A stretch of 64,000 nucleotides of DNA from Octopus vulgaris (Eukaryota), in contig OX597816.1 of NCBI GenBank assembly GCA_951406725.2, forward strand, positions 66,836,001 through 66,900,000, written 5' to 3'. Made by a program: the position numbers and the translations under genes. The notes beneath the pieces are model-generated. The model was not told where the DNA came from and made no database searches. It saw only the letters and a list, made by a program, of their open reading frames with translations. Of the stretch, positions 1 through 14,143 are shown piece by piece. The first letter of the stretch is position 1. Each line of letters starts with the position of its first letter.

Positions 1-779
1 TGGATGAAGATAGGTGTGTGAGAAAGTGCCAATCCCTAGCAGTTGAGGGAACCCGTGGAAGAGGTAGACCCAGGAAAACCTGGGACGAGGTGGTGAAGCA
101 CGACCTTCGGACGTTAGGTCTCACCATGGAAATGACTAGAGACCGAGACCTATGGAAGTATGCTGTGCGTGAGAAGACCTGGCAAGACTAGTGAAGCCAT
201 AATCCGTGGCCCCTACCTGGGACGTAGTCAGTCCACCTGTGCATACCTTCCTTCTTGTGACACTTGTGAAAACCTGTTGAGGCAAGTGAGAATCGAATCG
301 AATCGAATCAAATCAAATCAAATTGAACCAAATCAAAATAGATGAACATCAATGGAATTTGTATCCTTGTGGTACCAGTGCCGGTGGCACATAAGAAAAC
401 CATCCGAACGTGACCGTAGCCAGTACCGCAACGACTGGCCTCCGTGCTGAGGGCACGTAACAAACACCATCGTCTGGCACCTGTGTCGTGACACATAAGA
501 AAACACCATCCGAGCGTGGCCGTCAGCCAGCCTCGTCTGGCACCTGTGTCGGTGGCACATAAAAAACACCATCCGAGCGTGGCCGTCTGCCAGCCTCGTC
601 TGGCACCTGTGTCGGTGGCACATAAAATCAACCACTACACTCTTGGAGTGGTTGGCGTTAGGAAGGGCATCCAGCTGTAGAAAGACTGCCAGATCTGACT
701 GGCCTGGTGCAGCCTTCGGGCTTGCCAGACCCCAGTTGAACCGTCCAACCCATGCTAGCATGGAAAGCGGACGTTAAAC

Positions 780-811
<32 letters not shown>
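1..811 (+). mobile_element. RTE-clade LINE, 3' fragment (end of RT ORF, 3'UTR, (GAT)n tail)
   Basis: 1-190 encodes ...GRGRPRKTWDEVVKHDLRTLG..., matching the C-terminus of ORF 1269-2600. It is followed by ~61-bp UTR units, the CCATGCTAGCATGG hairpin, (GAT)n and then (AT)n. Confidence 0.9.
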
Positions 812-848
<37 letters not shown>

Positions 849-849
849 T

Positions 850-1033
850 ACCGTTGGTGATTCTTTTTCCTCTGTCTTCCCTTCTCTGGATCTTTCCTTC
901 TCCTATGTTTCCGACGAAGAGCTCCGCTCGAAACGTTAAACCCTCCTTCTTTCCTGAGCATCCAATAATACTATATTTGTTCCACGTCCTCGCGTTGTTG
1001 TGTTTTTTTGTGCTTTCTTGTTTGGATTAACTT
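850..1033 (+). mobile_element. Penelope-type terminal-repeat fragment between (TA)n tracts
   Basis: Homologous to 42361-42560 (-) and similar to 3400-3566 and 9160-9320. Carries a hammerhead-like motif. Confidence 0.55.
907..941 (+). ncRNA. Minimal type I hammerhead ribozyme-like motif (variant core)
   Basis: gttt-CCGACGA-a-gagc-tcc-gctc-GAA-ACGT-T-aaac. Stem I is gttt/aaac, stem II is gagc/gctc, and stem III is the palindrome ACGT. The core differs from CUGANGA at U4. Confidence 0.5.
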
Positions 1034-1147
1034 TATATATATATATATATATATATATCTGCTGCAATTTTTGCAACTTGTAATAAAGCCTGTCTTTGTA
1101 TGAAACAATTGTACTAAAAACCAATCCATTCTTGTTGCTTCTTTCTC

Positions 1148-3358
<2,211 letters not shown>

Positions 3359-3399
3359 CATACATACACACACACACATATATATATATTGATCACTAA

Positions 3400-3566
3400 A
3401 TCTACAAGTTTTTCATTCTCTCTGTGTTTATTTCCTCATATTACTTTCTGTTGAAGAGTGTAGGGTCGAAACGTAAAAGACATTCTCACTTTCCTGAGCA
3501 TCAGACTAATACACATGCTTGTTGCTCACCTGTCTTTGTCTTTTGATTTTCTGTAAATTTCAACTA
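3400..3566 (+). mobile_element. Penelope-type terminal fragment with a degenerate hammerhead-like motif (3444-3479)
   Basis: cttt-CTGTTGA-agagtgtagggtc-GAAACGT-A-aaag. The 3' tail matches the reverse complement of 59893-59935 at the end of the PLE. Confidence 0.5.
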
Positions 3567-4675
3567 TATTCAATCTCTTTACAACTCTCTTCCCTTACTC
3601 CATTCTCTAAACCTTCTCAATACCTATTACTCTGATTTTTCAATCACACACACACACACAAACCAACCTCCCACATTATCCCTTAAAATAGCAAACATTC
3701 CTTAGCTACACACAGACAGGTCCGTTATTCCTTTCCGATTCTTTGTAAATTCTTAAATATATCTTCTGTATCTATATAATACCAAACAAACATGATTTTT
3801 ATTGAACTCAAAATACCTAATGTAGTCCCATTCTTGAATACTTTCTTGAGTAGTTTCTTGTAAACTGTTTTTAACATATTCTTATCATTATCAAAGAATG
3901 TATATATGTATTTTAATACTTTTGTGACAACCAGTACTTAACACAACAAAGCTTATAAAAAGCTTTACATTTTACTTTTGACAATATTTTTCTTAAAAAA
4001 GTGAAACCAGCCAAGTCAATAAACATCTCTAAAAGTCCATTACATTTTCAAACCTTCTTTCATATCTATATATATGACAGGCTTCTTTCAGTTTATGTCT
4101 ACTAAATCCACTCAAGGCTTTAGTCAGCCTGAGGTTACAGTAGAAGACACTTGACCAAGGTGCCATACATTATATGTGTGTGCTTGTGGTAAGTGTATAT
4201 ATTTTGGCATCTCTTTTACTTGTTTCAGTCATTTGACTGTGGCCATGCAAATTGATGCAGGTAGTTTATCCTGGCTCGCACCCGATTTTTAGTTCATGTA
4301 ATTGAAAAAACCACATTTTGTATGGGATGACCTAAATATATTACCTCAGTAGCAGTAAGGAGTTGGCCATTCCTAGATCATATGAGAGTGTTACCTGTGA
4401 TAGTATGACATCCTGGTCAAGGGTGGATTTACCTCTCATCAACTTCATAGACTTCTTCTCAAGAACTTTGTTGAAATTTAAGCTTAGAAAACATAATTTT
4501 GATTGTATTCGGATACTATAGATGAAATTGTTATTATATTAATTTACATATTTGACACGGTGAGTGTACTCTACTTTCTGTGTGTATGTTTACATGTGTG
4601 CAAGCTTGAATGTGCATGTTCCTAATGTGCATGTATGTATTATGTGTTTATGTATGTGAACTTAAATGCATGAAT

Positions 4676-5123
4676 GAAATATGCTGTGCGTGAGAAGACC
4701 TGGCAGGACAAGTGAGACCATAACCCGTGGCCTTTACCTGGGATGTAGCCAGTCCACTTATGTGTACCTTTCCTTCTTTGGACACAAAACTCTGCTTGCA
4801 AAGACCTGTTGAGGCAAGTGAAATCGAAATCGATAAAAAAATCAATGGAAATTGTAGCTGTGATACCAGTGCCGGTGGCACATAAAAAGCACCATCCGAA
4901 CATGGCCGTTGCCAGCGTCGCCTCGACTGGCTTCCGTGCCGGTGGCACATAAAAAGCACCCACTACACTCACGGAGTGGTTGGCGTTAGGAAGGGCATCC
5001 AACTGTAGAAACACTGCCAGATCAGACTGGAGCCTGGTGCAGACTGGAGCCTTCCCAGACCCCGGTCGAACTGTCCAACCCATGCTAGCATGGAAAACGG
5101 ACGTTAAACAATGATGACGATGA
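4676..5123 (+). mobile_element. RTE LINE 3'UTR fragment
   Basis: Same ORF end (tatgctgtgcgtgagaagacc), UTR units, terminal hairpin and GAT tail. Confidence 0.88.
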
Positions 5124-5715
5124 ATGTATGTGTACATGAATGTACTTGTGTATATTTATATGCAAATGTGTATGTGTGATTTTTTTTTTGTGTGTGTAAA
5201 TATGTATGTATTTGCATATGCAGATATGTGGTTATGTTTTAATTCTTTGAATTTTTCCTATAAAGAAGATGGTTTCTTAGAAACAAAGCTTCATTGCTGG
5301 AATTTAGATGGCAACAAGTGTATAGTTGTTAATACCTAAATTCCAAATTACATTTTAAATCTATTAAACATATTGCATAGTTTCACTGTTCTGTTTACAG
5401 ACAAAATTTATAGAATTCCTGTTAGTCTTTTATTTTTCTTGAAAATCCAACTTTCAAAAATTATTACTTAAACATTTAATAATAAACAAAGTTTGCCAAT
5501 GATAACATGTACAAATGTGAAACTCAATAAAATTAAAGAAGTCGTTTTCAAAACAGCTGTTCATAAATGTTCTCTTTCTCATTCATTTTAATGCTCATAT
5601 CCACTGGGCAGCTGATCTACGTAACAATACATAAAACTGGTTTCTAATTTAGGTAACTAAATGGAGGCTGTTGCTTGATGCTTAGTTCCAGGTCAGCCCT
5701 GATTGAATATACCTA

Positions 5716-6059
5716 TGAGGGTTGGCTGAAAAGTTCATAGGCTGACCAAGATATTCTCGTGGAATGTGATCAAATGAGGTTTATTTTTTTTTAAACAGTC
5801 TCCCTAATGTAGCAACCATGTCAGCATGGACGTCTTTAAGGGCTAATCCTTTTTTCTACAGATACTTGATAACACTATAATCCCAAATTTTGTCCATTTT
5901 CAAGAGAAGTTGTTACTGGTTACTTTTAAAATCTTCTTTGAACAGTCAGATATCAGTTTACCTGAAAAGAAACAATGCTGTTGTTATTAAGTTATGCAAG
6001 ATTTCACAGCGCTAGCATCACTCCCTCAGTCAGCCTATGAACTTTTCAGCCCACCCTCG
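5716..6059. mobile_element. Tc1/mariner-derived MITE with ~30-bp TIRs and a TA target duplication
   Basis: TA-tgagggttggctgaaaagttcataggctgac ... gtcagcctatgaacttttcagcccaccctcg-TA. Confidence 0.8.
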
Positions 6060-6159
6060 TATTACTAAAGATGTTCCAGCTGCAGCCATCACAACTTTTA
6101 TTTAGACATAATATACCCAGTATCACATTATGCAAAGATATAATAATAAAAAAATAAAA

Positions 6160-6408
6160 TAAAAGCACCCTTTTAAAGACTAGGCAGGACCATGGGCCTG
6201 GATTCCAGGTTTCAATGGCATATATGTTCCTCAGCTGGACAGGATGCCAGTCCATCGCAGTGTTACTCATTTTTGCCAGCTGAGTGGACTGGAGCAACGT
6301 GATATGAAGTGCTTTGCTCAAGAACACATGTTGCCCGGTCCAGGAATCGAAACCACAATCTTACGATCATGATGCTGACACCCTAACCACTAAACCATGT
6401 GCCTCCAT
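6160..6408 (-). mobile_element. tRNA-derived SINE (family C)
   Basis: Minus-strand head with A-box TGGTTTAGTGG and B-box GGTTTCGATTCC, followed by a non-tRNA body. Confidence 0.7.
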
Positions 6409-6590
6409 ATATGCAAGATATACTTCTCTTAAAACTGTAGATATGATCTGAGGGAGATTTGGCTGCTATTTTTAGCATGCTGAGTACTGCATAAAGACTC
6501 CTTTGTGGATGCATTTGTTGTCAGTTTTTATAGGAATGTTAACCAAAATTGGCGATCTGTATACATCTCCATAACATATATATATATATT

Positions 6591-6637
<47 letters not shown>

Positions 6638-6960
6638 TGTTCAAAGCTTCCAAAACATAGTGTTAAAAAGCATATTTTTCTGTGTACTACTTATTTTTTA
6701 GAATATGCTGATGCACACATAAAGCTATATGTTAGTATTTATAGCTTTATGTGGGCTTTGAGATATTCCAAAAATGAATTTGTTCATGTTCTCTTGAAAA
6801 TTTATAAAATTCTTTTGAAGTCAACAATATTTTTCTTATTTTAACACAATATATTTATAAAAGATGCGTTCTCAGTACGAATATCACAGATTAGAAGGCT
6901 TTCAACAGAATATATATGTTATATATAGTTTGTTCCTATATACACACATATATATATATA

Positions 6961-7012
<52 letters not shown>

Positions 7013-7212
7013 TACTAAGGTATATATGCTGGCCACTGATAAACTTTTTAACAATTTTATCCGTTATCATTATATATATGTATGTGTGTGTATATATATA
7101 CACACACACACACACACATATATATATAACAGATAAATTCTTCTATTTTACATAATATCGAGGTTTCTTTCATTCTTTTGTTGTCTTACCAATTTCTATC
7201 TATCTATCTATC

Positions 7213-7243
<31 letters not shown>

Positions 7244-7375
7244 CAGGAAAATAAGACAAGGTAGAAAATGCTTAAATAATTTTATCATGAAGAATATTTT
7301 AGTACTGATTTAAGTCCTTGCATCTTTTTCAACTTAGAATGAAGCATGAAAGACAAATTGTGGAAAAATTAAATG

Positions 7376-7538
7376 CGTAGGAGTGGCTGTGTGGTAAGTA
7401 GCTTGCTTATGAACCACATGGTTCCAGGTTCAGTCCCACTGCATGGCACCTTGGGCAAGTGTCTTCTACTATAGCCTCAGGCCAACCAAAGCCTTGTGAG
7501 TGGATTTCGTAGACAGAAACTGAAAGAAACTCGTCGTA
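7376..7538 (+). mobile_element. tRNA-derived SINE family A, 5' half
   Basis: A-box TGGCTGTGTGG, B-box GGTTCAGTCCC and CORE-like ccttgggcaagt. Confidence 0.85.
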
Positions 7539-7546
7539 TATATATG

Positions 7547-7577
<31 letters not shown>

Positions 7578-8586
7578 ATGGGCTGTGACTGCAGAGGACA
7601 TGTGTAAGCTAGAAAGAAATGAAGCTAGTATGATCCGCTGGATGTGTAATGTCAGTGTGCATACACGACAGAATGTAAGTGCCCTGAGAGAAATGCTGGA
7701 CATAAGAAGCATTGGATGTGGCATGCAAGGGAGACATCTGCGCTGGTATGGTCATGTACTACGGATGGATGAGGAGAGATGTGTGAAGAAGTGCCACTCC
7801 CAAACAATTGAAGGAATCTGGGGTAGAGGTAGACCCAGGAAGACATGGGATGAGGTGGTCAAGCATGACCTTCAAACGTTGGGTCTCACAGAGACAATGA
7901 TGAAAGACCGAGACCTCTGGAGATATGCTGTGACTGCGAAGACCCAACAAATAATGTAAGTCCATGGCTGTTTCCTGCACCAGCTTCACATAGAAGCCCC
8001 AGCCCTTCCAAAGTGCCTTGGATTGCCAGACGGCCTCGTGTACTTACCTTGAATCGTAGGGCGACCTGCTGTGCTTGAGGAGACCTATTGAGTCAAGTAC
8101 ATCAACATCAAAAAATCAAATGGAAATTGTAGTTATGATACCTGTGTCGGTGGCATGTAAAATGCACCATCCGTACGTGGCCAATGCCAGCACCGCTCTG
8201 ACTGGCTTCTGTGCCAGTGGCACGTAAAAAGCACCAACAGGTCGTGGCTATTGGCAGCCTACCCTGGCACCTATGCTGGTAGCACGTAAAAAGCACCATC
8301 CGTACGTAGCCAATGCCAGCACCGCCTTGACTGGCTTCCGTGCCAGTGGCACGTAAAAAGCACCGATCGTAGCCGTTGCCAGCGTTCCCTGGCACCTATG
8401 CCGGTGGCACATAAAAAGCACCCACTACTCTCACGGAGTGGTTGGTGTTAGGGAGGGCATCCAGCTGTAGAAACACTGCCAGATCAGACTGGAGCCTGGT
8501 GCAGCCCCCTGGCTTATCAGACCCTGGTCGAACCGTCCAACCCATGCCAGCATGGAAAATGGACGTTAAACGATGATGATGATGAT
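7578..8586 (+). mobile_element. RTE LINE 3' fragment (second subfamily)
   Basis: ORF 7564-7959 encodes WAVTAEDMCKLERNEASMIRWMC...GRGRPRKTWDEVVKHDL, followed by the UTR array and GAT tail. Confidence 0.9.
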
Positions 8587-9159
8587 GTATGTGTGTATAT
8601 GTTTGTGTGTCTGTCTGACCCATATAAACATGGGAAGATGTATGTTAAAATGACCATGACAATACCAACGACGATGATGATGATGATGATGATGATGACG
8701 ATGGTGATGAAGATGGTGATCATAGTAGTGGTGGTGGTGCTGCTGCTGATGACGACGACGACAATGCTTTTAAAGTGAAATTCAGACTTGATCACTAGAG
8801 ACAAAATGGAATTTAAAAAATTTTTTTTCTTCATTTTAAGATCTTGTATTTGTGCTTCCAGTTGATGTTGCATGAAGTCTCAAAGAATTTGTGGGCAATT
8901 TGAGTGACAAAGATGAACATTTGCTTGAAGCTTTCATAGACCATTTTGAAACCACGCAAGTCGCTGCGAGTTCAAATTCTGTGATGATCAACTTTACCTT
9001 TCACCCTCTTAGGGGTGATAAAATAAAGTACCAATCAAGTACCAGGACTGGTGCTATTGATTGACCCTCCCCTTAAGCTAACCAAACCCTTTTGAGTTGA
9101 TTTGGTTGACAGAAAGAAGCCTGTTGTGTATGTATGTATGTATATATATATTTGCTATG

Positions 9160-9320
9160 ATAGATTGCTAGCCACTACACATTCTTTATTTTCTCTCCTT
9201 GTTTCTTTCTGTGTTCCTTTCTGTGGAAGAGCATAGGCTCGAAACGTTAAAGACTTTTTCACTTCCCGAGTGTTATACTAATATATATGTTTGTTGTCTA
9301 CACCACCTGTCTTCGTCTTT
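9160..9320 (+). mobile_element. Penelope-type terminal fragment with a hammerhead-like motif (9217-9252)
   Basis: cttt-CTGTGGA-a-gagc-atag-gctc-GAAACGT-T-aaag. Confidence 0.5.
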
Positions 9321-9346
9321 TTGTGAATTCTTCCCCTATGTATATA

Positions 9347-9520
9347 TCATCATCATCATCATCATCATCATCGTTTAACGTCCGTTCTCCATGCTAGCAT
9401 GGGTTGGACGGTTCGACCGGGGATCTGGGAAGCCAGAAGGCTGCACCAGGCTCCAGTCTTATCTGGCAGTGTTTCTACAGCTGGATGCCCTTCCTAACGC
9501 CAACCACTCCGTGAGTGTAG
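9347..9520 (-). mobile_element. RTE LINE extreme 3' end
   Basis: (CAT)n-cgtttaacgtccg...ccatgctagcatgg is the reverse complement of the LINE terminus. Confidence 0.85.
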
Positions 9521-9554
<34 letters not shown>

Positions 9555-9984
9555 TAATTATTCATGAAGGAGCCATTCACTAGTTATAACCAAGGGACAG
9601 TGGGAAAACATCAACATGCCTGTGAGAATTCAGTGTTTTTAGTGGGACACCACTTTGTATATGCATGTTCTTGATGTAACCAAGACTGTGCTGATCAATT
9701 CAACACAACTGGATGCACAATATCCCACCCATAAAGAACAGTTACAGGAGGGTTCGAAACAATCATTGTACTAAATAAAGACTGCTGCCAAATCTATCTT
9801 CCATCAATTATTATTATCTCAACAAACACTGCGGAATTTCAGAAGTAGATCCAGTGGAAATATACTCCAACTGTGGATGACACCATGTAGCCCGAACAGG
9901 GAATGTGCTTTACTCAACACACTAACCAACATGTATCTATTAATCAAAAAAAAAATTACTTATATATATATTTATGTATAGGTA

Positions 9985-10540
9985 GTCATAGCTGATGCCA
10001 TTGCTGCTTGACTGGCACCCGTGCTGGTGGCATGTAATAAGCACCATTCAAGTGTGGGTTGATGTCAGTGCTCCACCGACTGGCTTCTGTGCTGGTAGCA
10101 TGCAAAAAGCACCAACTGAATGTGGTTGATGCCAGTGCCACCTGACTGGTACATGTGCTGGTGGCATGTAATAAGCACCATCCAAGCATGGGGCAATGTC
10201 ACTGCCACCTGACTGGCTCCCTGTGCACGTGGCATGTAATAAGCACCATCTGAACGTGGTTGATGCCAGTGCCCACTGACTGGCTCCTGTGCCAGTGATA
10301 TGCAAAAGGCACCATCTGAACATGGTCGATGCCAGTGCTGCCTGACTGGCTCTTGTGCCAGTGGCATGTAAAAAGCACCCACTACACTCTCTGAGTGGTT
10401 GGCATTAGGAAGGGCATCCAGCCGTAGAAACCTTGCCAGATCAGATTGGAGCCTGGTGCAGCCTCTACTAGCTTGCCAGTCCTCAGTCAAACCATCTGAC
10501 CCATGCCAGTATGGAAAACGATGATGATGATGATGATGAC
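9985..10540 (+). mobile_element. RTE-type 3'UTR with about six diverged ~61-bp units and a GAT tail
   Basis: Repeated gcatgtaataagcaccat...tgccagtgc..ctgactggc units, then the conserved gcacccactacactct...ggaagggcatccagc terminus. Confidence 0.8.
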
Positions 10541-11019
10541 GTCTGGCCTTGTGCCTAAATTAGACAACATCAATGATTAATTAATTATCTGTGAACTGTA
10601 GCGTTTAACTTATGAAACTAGAATATGTAGAAAATTTTGAAGCTCCCACACTGTTTATTTTTGCTTTGTTTTGATTAAATTTTTGGAGAGAAATTCTATT
10701 TTTATTCTCTGTATAAGATTATTCTATGCTCACTGAGGTGCCTGGCATTGTCCAGGTGCCAAATATTAAGAAACTTTTGGGTTTCTTTTTTGTTAAACTT
10801 ATTGACTTAGCTTAAAGCGAGATATTATGTAGATCTTTTTTTTTTAAGTAATTATATTTATCCTGCATCTTTTGTTTGTTTCAGTCATTAGACTGTGGCC
10901 ATGCTGCAGCACTGCCTTGAAGGGTTTAGTTTAAAAAAATCATCTCCAGTACTTGATTTTTAATTCTGGTACTTTACTACCAGTCTCTTTTGCCAAGCCA
11001 GCAGACATGGAGATGCAAG

Positions 11020-11020
<1 letters not shown>

Positions 11021-11096
<76 letters not shown>

Positions 11097-11103
11097 TGTG
11101 TGT
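11021..11103. repeat. (TG)n microsatellite
   Basis: Direct reading. Confidence 0.95.
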
Positions 11104-11496
11104 ATGGGCATGTGCTTATTTGGCTTATGGAAAACACACTTTAAAAATGCACTTTAAAAACTACAATATAGAAGACTTCCTAAATGTTACTTTAGAACTC
11201 AACACAAGTCTTTCCAAGCCTTGCAATAACCCTTTAGCATTCAGATTATCTGTCAAATATAATGCTTATTTATTCACATTGTTTTTAATTAATCATGCAT
11301 TATCCCATAGCTTTGAGTTTTGGATGATGTGATTGGTTATTTTTAGAAAGACATTCTAGGGTAGGTGTGAGAGGCCAGGTCAGATTGAACATAAAATGGA
11401 AGAATATTTTGGCTGGATATGGCCAGTTTAAATGATAAGGGAAAAAAGAAAATCAATGAGCATCTATTCATTATTTGCCTTCTGAATCACCCAAGT

Positions 11497-11497
<1 letters not shown>

Positions 11498-11532
<35 letters not shown>

Positions 11533-11579
11533 CATATATATGTGTACATATATATACATACATATATGTGTGTGTTTTA

Positions 11580-11630
<51 letters not shown>

Positions 11631-11653
11631 ATATATATATATATGTATATATG

Positions 11654-11700
<47 letters not shown>

Positions 11701-11770
11701 GAGTGTATATATATATATGTATATATATGTGTGTGTGTATATAAATATATATATATATACATATATATAT
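11498..11770. repeat. Compound microsatellite (CT)n/(ATCT)n/(TA)n
   Basis: Direct reading. Confidence 0.9.
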
Positions 11771-12507
11771 AAGCAACCAGGTGCATCTTTGTTTTGATTT
11801 TCCCAAGCTTTCATGAATCACCATTGCTCTTTGAGTACATTAGCAAGGATGTTCAAGACTTGGTTATGTGATGCCAGAAATATTTTGCAAGAAACGATTT
11901 CAATGCTGGTGGAAATAATCTCTCTGATGGGTAGTATCCATATTGGTACTATTAGCTGTGTTGCTCTAATGCTACCATTAAAATTTGGGCACAGATAAAG
12001 CATATATAAGAATGAGGAAAGAGACTAACAAGGAGACAGACAGAGAGGGGGAGAGGGAGAGAGAGGAGGAGTAGAAGTAAAGAAGAGAGAGAGAGGAGGG
12101 GGTGAAAGTAAAGAAAGAGAGGGAAAGTCAGATATACATATAGAGAAGAAGAAAGAGAAAAACAGAGAAAGATAGGGGAGGGTAAAGGAGCAGTTGAATG
12201 ATCTAAGTAGATGAAACACTAGATATATCACATGATCAAAGATTGGGAAAAAGCAGACGACATATCATGTGACTACCAGACAAGGGATGATAGAAACAAT
12301 GTTTTTAACATATGTTTATGATATGCTATAGTTGTAATGTCTTCCTTTTCATGTTATTTATGCATTGAACAAATTTAAGAAAAATATTAGGCTAAGGAAA
12401 AGAAAATAGCATGTGTCCTTTCTTGATAGGGCAGATAGTAGTGGCACCATAATTCTTGTTGATTTATAACTATACTCACAAACATACCTCCTCCATACGT
12501 ACATATA

Positions 12508-12733
12508 TTCTTTTGCTTTTACTTTTATTTGTTTCAGTCATTTGACTGCGGCCATGCTGGGGCACCGCTTTTAGTCGAGCGACCCCAGGATTTATTCTTT
12601 GTAAGCCTAGTACTTATTCTATCGATCCCTCTTGCCGATCCCTCTAGGTGATGAGGACGTAAACACACTAGTCACCAGCATTGGTTGTCAAGCAATGTTG
12701 CGGGGACAAACACAGACACACAAACATATACAT

Positions 12734-12767
<34 letters not shown>

Positions 12768-12930
12768 GACGGGCTTCTTTCAGTTTCCATCTATCAAATC
12801 CATTCACAAAGCTTTGGCCAGCCCGAGGCTATAGTAGAAGGCACTTACCCAAGGTTCCACAAAGTGGGACTGAACCCAGAACCATGTGGTTGGTAAGCAA
12901 ACTACTTACCACAGCCACCCCTGTGCCCTA
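12508..12930 (-). mobile_element. tRNA-derived SINE family A, full length
   Basis: Reverse complement of 63102-63526: head, internal (TA)(TG) tract and tail. Confidence 0.88.
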
Positions 12931-13028
12931 AATGTATTGATCTAAATACATCTCTTTCTCCTTTCTCTTTTTCTTCTCTCTCTATGTATGTATGTATGTA
13001 TGTATGTATGTATGTATGTATGTACGTA

Positions 13029-13067
<39 letters not shown>

Positions 13068-13072
13068 TTATA

Positions 13073-13361
13073 AAAAAACACCATCCGAGCGTGGCTGTCC
13101 GCCAGCCTCGTCTGGCACCTGTGTCGGTGGCACATAAAAAACACCATCCGAGCGTGGCCATTCGCCAGCCTCGTCGGTGGCACATAAAATCACCCACTAC
13201 ACTCTCGGAGTGGTTGGTGTTAGGAAGGGCATCCAGCTGTAGAAACACTGCCAGATCTGACTGGCCTGGTGCAGCCTTCGGGCTCCCCAGACCCCAGTTG
13301 AACCGTCCAACCCATGCTAGCATGGAAAGCGGACGTTAAACGATGATGATGATGATGATGA

Positions 13362-13362
<1 letters not shown>
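13073..13362 (+). mobile_element. RTE LINE 3'UTR fragment in (TA)n
   Basis: Near-identical to 500-811. Confidence 0.88.
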
Positions 13363-13429
<67 letters not shown>

Positions 13430-13431
13430 AT

Positions 13432-13677
13432 ATTCTTTTATCATTTTACCTGTTTCAGTTATTTGACCGTAGCCATGCTGAAACACTGCCTTAAGGGATT
13501 CTAGTCAAAGAAACTGACCCATGGAATTGTCCCTTGTAAGCCTAGTACTTATTCTATCAGACTCTTTTGCCGAACTGCTAAGTTATGGGGACGTAAACAC
13601 ACCAGCATCAGTTGTTAAGCGATGGTGGGATGGGAGAGACAGACACTAAGACACATGCATAAACATATACATACATA

Positions 13678-13723
<46 letters not shown>

Positions 13724-14080
13724 ATGAGCATCTTTCAGTTTCCATCTCCCAAATCCACTCATAAGGCTTTGGTCAGCCCAAGGCTATAAGTAGAAGACAT
13801 TTGCCTTATCTGCTGTGCAGTGGGACTGAACCTGGAACCATTTGTTGGGAAGCAAGCTTCTCACCACATAGCCAGATATATATAGATATCTCCTTTTATC
13901 TTTTACTTCTTTCTGTCATTAGACTGCAGCCATGCTGGAGCAGCACCTTGGAGCATTTTTTAGTCAAATGAATTGACCCGCAGCACTTACTTTTTTGTAA
14001 GCCTGGTATTTATTCTATTGGTCTCTTTTGCCAAACTGCTAAGTTACAGGGATGTAAACATACCAGCACTGCTTGTCAAC
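13432..14080 (-). mobile_element. SINE family A (13432-13875) plus an adjacent tail fragment (13893-14080)
   Basis: Homology to the other family A copies. Confidence 0.8.
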
Positions 14081-14143
14081 ATACATATGTGTTTGTGTGC
14101 ATGTGTGTGTATGTGTGTGTGTTTATATACATATCTATATACA

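Noticed and set aside
9560-9940. Possible LTR fragment
   Set aside because: No partner LTR, PBS/PPT or TG...CA ends could be supported.
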